From Vibrio vulnificus CMCP6 (GTDB lineage Bacteria; Pseudomonadota; Gammaproteobacteria; Enterobacterales; Vibrionaceae): a stretch of 32,000 bases of DNA. How positions within the stretch are numbered: position 1 is the first letter of the stretch; each line of letters starts with the position of its first letter. This document shows, piece after piece, positions 28,237 to 32,000 of the stretch. A program made the translations under genes and the position numbers. The notes beneath the pieces are model-generated. The model was given only the letters and a program-made list of their open reading frames with translations, did not search any database and was not told where the DNA came from. The stretch covers positions 3,016,104-3,048,103 of the forward strand of contig NC_004459.3 of assembly GCF_000039765.1 (NCBI RefSeq), written 5' to 3'.

Positions 28237-28267
28237 ATGCACTCTTTGATAGTCACAAAGAGTGCAT
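28237..28267 (-). terminator. Terminator downstream of pyrF
   Basis: ATGCACTCTTTG-7 nt-CAAAGAGTGCAT with T tract on the minus strand. Confidence 0.85.
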
Positions 28268-28360
28268 AAAAATTCAATATAAATATTTTCATAACGCGCC
28301 ATTTATTTTGCGACAAGTATCACAATAAAAACAGCATAAGTATCAATCTATGAGCTCAAG

Positions 28361-29059
28361 CTATTTGGTTAGGCTTGTATTTATAGCTTGCAAGACTGCC
28401 GCAGGATCTACTGCCTGCGTAATTGGCCGTCCGATAACAAGGTAATCAGAACCTGCTTGTACCGCTTCAAGTGGTGTCATGATACGACGTTGATCTCCTT
28501 GTTCTGAGCCGAGCGGGCGAATACCTGGCGTAACCAATTTAAACTCTTTGCCCAGCTCATTCTTCAGCAGAGAGGATTCTTGAGCAGAACACACAACACC
28601 ATCCAAACCAGAATTCTTCGTCAACGTAGCTAAGCGAATCACGTGTTCTTGTGGTGCAACGTCCAAACCAATGCCTGCTAGGTCGCTTTGCTCCATGCTG
28701 GTGAGTACGGTCACACCAATCAGTAACGGGCGATCTTTACCATAAGGTTCAAGAATCTCACGAGATGCTGTCATCATGCGTTCACCACCACTTGCATGTA
28801 CATTCACCATCCAGACACCCAACTCAGCTGCTGCTCGAACGGCTTTTGAGCATGTATTTGGGATATCGTGAAACTTCAGATCTAGAAATACAGAAAAACC
28901 ACGTTTGTGAAGTTCACGTACGAAATCAGGACCAAATAGAGTAAACATTTCCTTGCCTACTTTTAGGCGACATGACGCAGGATCAATTCTATCTACGAAG
29001 GCCAGTGCATCGGCTTGATTATCGTAATCCAGTGCGACAATAACTTTTTGGTCGATCAT
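28361..29059 (-). CDS. pyrF: Orotidine 5'-phosphate decarboxylase
   Basis: [58 protein letters not shown]. Confidence 0.97.
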   Translation of the reverse strand: MIDQKVIVALDYDNQADALAFVDRIDPASCRLKVGKEMFTLFGPDFVRELHKRGFSVFLDLKFHDIPNTCSKAVRAAAELGVWMVNVHASGGERMMTASREILEPYGKDRPLLIGVTVLTSMEQSDLAGIGLDVAPQEHVIRLATLTKNSGLDGVVCSAQESSLLKNELGKEFKLVTPGIRPLGSEQGDQRRIMTPLEAVQAGSDYLVIGRPITQAVDPAAVLQAINTSLTK

Positions 29060-29143
29060 TTCATCTCCTAACTGTTTTTGGTTCTTATTAAATAAAATGT
29101 TAAAAAAATGCAGCTGACAGAAACTCTGTCAGCTGCATTGAAA

Positions 29144-30313
29144 CTATTCGCCATCCAATCCTCGGATTGGCTTGATCGTCCCCCACCCTTTACAGGAAGG
29201 ACAATGCCAATAAAGGGAATGCGTAGAAAAGCCACATTTTCGACATCGGTAATGAGGCTTAATTTTAAGCTGTTCTCCGACCATTGCCTGCAGCGTCGTC
29301 AAGCTTTCTTTGGCCCTTCCATCTTCCGCTTCTGCAAGATGATAATCCATCAATCTATAAAAACCTTTCATAGTCGGGTTTTTAATTAATTGTCTTGTTA
29401 ACAACTCTTGAGCTGCACCAACACTCTCGTGATGTGCAACCAATTGGGCCAGCATTAGCTCAGCAGACACACCTGCTTTTTTACTAATACACGCGCGCAG
29501 AAATTCGACAAGTTGATCTTCTTGACCTAGATGGTGGTAACACTCAGCAAGAATAGGCAACGCTTCACTAACGAAATCCGCATCTTGTTCTAGAACATGT
29601 TCCAGATACTCGATCGTCTTGCGATATTCTTCCATCTCGAGGTAAATACGTCCAAGAGAAATCGATGCTCTAACACATTTAGGATCTTCTTGCAGTGCTT
29701 TTTTGAAATGGCTGATGGACTTGGTTTTATTGCCATCCGCTTGTTCTAACATCGCTAGCTCACACCAATAATGGGCGATGTTTTTTCTAATCGATTTTTT
29801 CCCCGTCTTTACTAACAGGTGTGCATAGTGAATCGCTTTATCCCACTCTCGTGTCTGCTGGTAGATTAAGACTAATTGCTGTAAAGCGGCATCACGATGT
29901 TCCGGCTCTTCAACTAACTGCTCGAATATTTTTTCCGCGCGGTCCAGAAAACCCGACACCATATAGTCTTTCGCCAACTGTTGTAGCGCGATGTTTTTTT
30001 GTTCAATGGTCAAGCCGGAACGAGAGATCAAATTTTGATGTATGCGAATGGCGCGATCAACTTCCCCTCTAGAACGGAAGAGATTTCCTAATGCCAGATG
30101 AGTATCAATCGTGTCGTTATCGACTTGAAGCAACTCAATAAAGTGATCTACCGCTTTGTCCGATTGATCAGACAGCAGTAAGTTCAGCCCCGTCACATAT
30201 TGTTGAGAGATCTGATTGGAGTGCTTCTGCTTGTCATCCTGTGCACTGCGATGGCCCATATACCAACCATACGCAGCGGCAATAGGAAGTAACAAGAAGA
30301 GTAATTCAAGCAT
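29144..30313 (-). CDS. lapB: Lipopolysaccharide assembly protein LapB (YciM)
   Basis: N-terminal TM, TPR repeats, C-terminal rubredoxin-like YRCRKCGFSTHSLYWHCPSCKGW. Confidence 0.95.
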   Translation of the reverse strand: MLELLFLLLPIAAAYGWYMGHRSAQDDKQKHSNQISQQYVTGLNLLLSDQSDKAVDHFIELLQVDNDTIDTHLALGNLFRSRGEVDRAIRIHQNLISRSGLTIEQKNIALQQLAKDYMVSGFLDRAEKIFEQLVEEPEHRDAALQQLVLIYQQTREWDKAIHYAHLLVKTGKKSIRKNIAHYWCELAMLEQADGNKTKSISHFKKALQEDPKCVRASISLGRIYLEMEEYRKTIEYLEHVLEQDADFVSEALPILAECYHHLGQEDQLVEFLRACISKKAGVSAELMLAQLVAHHESVGAAQELLTRQLIKNPTMKGFYRLMDYHLAEAEDGRAKESLTTLQAMVGEQLKIKPHYRCRKCGFSTHSLYWHCPSCKGWGTIKPIRGLDGE

Positions 30314-30328
30314 TAAACCGATTCGCCC

Positions 30329-30595
30329 TTACGCTTGTTTTTCGACCTGTGTGCTTTGCTTTTTGATCTGTTTGTTTAGCTTTCTGATTTTTAATCGCAT
30401 CTTAAACTGCAAGCTAGCAAAAATAGCCCATGCTAATGCAAAGCCTGCGACAAACACACCGCCCAGCAAAGTGGACAAATGAAAATCCCCTTTTGCCAGT
30501 AAGTAGTTGAAAGTAACAACTTCTTGATTCTGAGAACCTAACGCCAGTGCAATAAGAAAGAGAGCTATTACAGCAATGATTTTTATAATTTTCAT
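30329..30595 (-). CDS. lapA: Lipopolysaccharide assembly protein LapA (YciS)
   Basis: MKIIKIIAVIALFLIALALGSQNQEVVTFNYLLAKGDFHLSTLLGGVFVAGFALAW, directly upstream of lapB. Confidence 0.92.
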   Translation of the reverse strand: MKIIKIIAVIALFLIALALGSQNQEVVTFNYLLAKGDFHLSTLLGGVFVAGFALAWAIFASLQFKMRLKIRKLNKQIKKQSTQVEKQA

Positions 30596-30683
30596 CTGTC
30601 ATCACCTTGAAGATATCAGCCGATACAATTATGCAGGAAAACCCACCTGCCGACCACGGATAATAACAATTATCTGACGATAA

Positions 30684-30714
30684 AAAAGCGGCATACTCTA
30701 GGTATGCCGCTTTT
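30684..30714 (-). terminator. Terminator downstream of ihfB
   Basis: AAAAGCGGCATAC-5 nt-GTATGCCGCTTTT. Confidence 0.85.
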
Positions 30715-30733
30715 AAATCACGATTTATGTAAA

Positions 30734-31015
30734 TCAGCCAATGTTTACGCGCTCGCGCAACTCTTTACCAGGCTTGAAGTGCGGTACGTATTTACCTTCT
30801 AGTTCCACTTTATCGCCAGTCTTTGGGTTACGACCAACACGCGGTTCACGGTAATGAAGCGAGAAACTACCGAAACCACGAATCTCGATACGATCACCGC
30901 TTTCTAAGGTTGAAGCCATATGCTCCAAAATATCTTTGACAGCATCTTCTATCTCTTTGGCTGAAAGATGTGTCTGTTCAGCGCAGAGTCTTTCAATCAG
31001 TTCAGACTTAGTCAT
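30734..31015 (-). CDS. ihfB: Integration host factor subunit beta
   Basis: [70 protein letters not shown]; start at MTKSEL. Confidence 0.97.
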
Positions 31016-31228
31016 AGTTTCCCTCTTCGAGTCATTTTTATCACTTATTATAGTAAGTAATATCAATTACACCAAATACTTGCTACAAATTGTAGTGAAA
31101 AATCCGCTACTTGGATGTAATCCTTTTGGGGAAATTTCATTTAAGCCCCAGCTAAAAGCTAAGCGGCAATATTCAGTGGAATTACTACTACATTCACCAT
31201 TAAAACTTATAGCAGACTTTCGTGTAAA

Positions 31229-31254
31229 AAAAAGGAGCCTTTCGGCTCCTTTTT
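31229..31254 (-). terminator. Terminator downstream of rpsA
   Basis: AAAAAGGAGCC-TTTC-GGCTCCTTTTT. Confidence 0.88.
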
Positions 31255-31265
31255 TAAGACGTCTA

Positions 31266-32000
31266 TTATTCGCCTTTAGCTGCTTTGAAAGCGTCAGCCA
31301 TAGCATTACCAAACGCAGCTTCGTCAGCTTTGTTGATGCTTGCCATTGCTTCTTGCTCTTCAGCTTCGTCTTTCGCTTTGATTGAAAGGTTGATTACACG
31401 GTTCTTACGGTCAACACCAGTAAATTTCGCTTCAACTTTATCACCAACGCTTAGGATCAGTGTTGCGTCTTCAACGCGGTCACGTGAAACTTCAGACGCG
31501 CGGATGTAACCTTCTACGCCATCTTCTAGCTCGATAGTTGCGCCTTTAGCGTCAACTGCAGTTACAGTACCGTTAACTAGAGCACCTTTCTTGTTGTCAG
31601 CAACGTAAGCATTGAATGGGTCGTTTTCCATTTGCTTGATGCCTAGAGAGATACGCTCACGCTCTGCGTCTACTGCTAGAACTACTGCAGAGATTTCGTC
31701 GCCTTTCTTGAATTCGCGAACCGTTTCTTCGCCAGCTACGTTCCAAGAAATGTCAGATAGGTGAACAAGACCGTCGATACCACCGTCTAGACCGATGAAG
31801 ATACCGAAGTCAGTGATTGACTTGATCTTACCAGTTACTTTATCGCCTTTAGCTTGAGCTTCAGCGAATGACTGCCATGGGTTAGCTTTACACTGTTTCA
31901 GACCTAGAGAGATACGACGACGTTCTTCGTCGATTTCAAGAACCATAACCTCAACTTCGTCGCCAACATTAACAACTTTAGATGGGTGGATGTTCTTGTT
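31266..32000 (-). CDS. rpsA: 30S ribosomal protein S1, 3' portion (5' end outside window)
   Basis: Repeated S1 domains: [57 protein letters not shown]. Confidence 0.97.
   Translation of the reverse strand, partial: NKNIHPSKVVNVGDEVEVMVLEIDEERRRISLGLKQCKANPWQSFAEAQAKGDKVTGKIKSITDFGIFIGLDGGIDGLVHLSDISWNVAGEETVREFKKGDEISAVVLAVDAERERISLGIKQMENDPFNAYVADNKKGALVNGTVTAVDAKGATIELEDGVEGYIRASEVSRDRVEDATLILSVGDKVEAKFTGVDRKNRVINLSIKAKDEAEEQEAMASINKADEAAFGNAMADAFKAAKGE

Overview
Vibrio-like chromosomal window. Backbone, left to right: ald (3' part), SAM-methyltransferase, cysB, coiled-coil protein, miaE // zinc metalloprotease lipoprotein, outer-membrane beta-barrel, a Yej/Opp-type peptide ABC importer, pyrF, lapB, lapA, ihfB, rpsA (partial). 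The main finding lies between miaE and the metalloprotease. Two direct copies of an IS4-family element bracket 9.48 kb of cargo: copy 1 at 5057-6450 is decayed and copy 2 at 15931-17360 is intact. The outer flanks of the pair form a 12-bp direct repeat with 11/12 matches (CGCTGGTTAGCG / CGCTGGTTCGCG). They also rejoin into one rho-independent terminator hairpin. The inner flanks are halves of two other terminator hairpins. This supports a composite-transposon or translocatable-unit arrangement, built from an IS that inserts into terminator loops. The cargo (DUF2982, ycbL/ycbK/ldtD-like genes, and an imelysin/di-heme oxidoreductase/imelysin/DUF1513 iron-type operon) looks like displaced or duplicated core chromosome. 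Further observations: a terminator-like hairpin abutting the transposase start codon, a probable frameshift in the signal peptide of the promoter-proximal imelysin, a Fur-box-like site, and two perfect palindromes in the leader of the outer-membrane protein gene. I saw no CRISPR array, tRNA/rRNA or recognised defence system.
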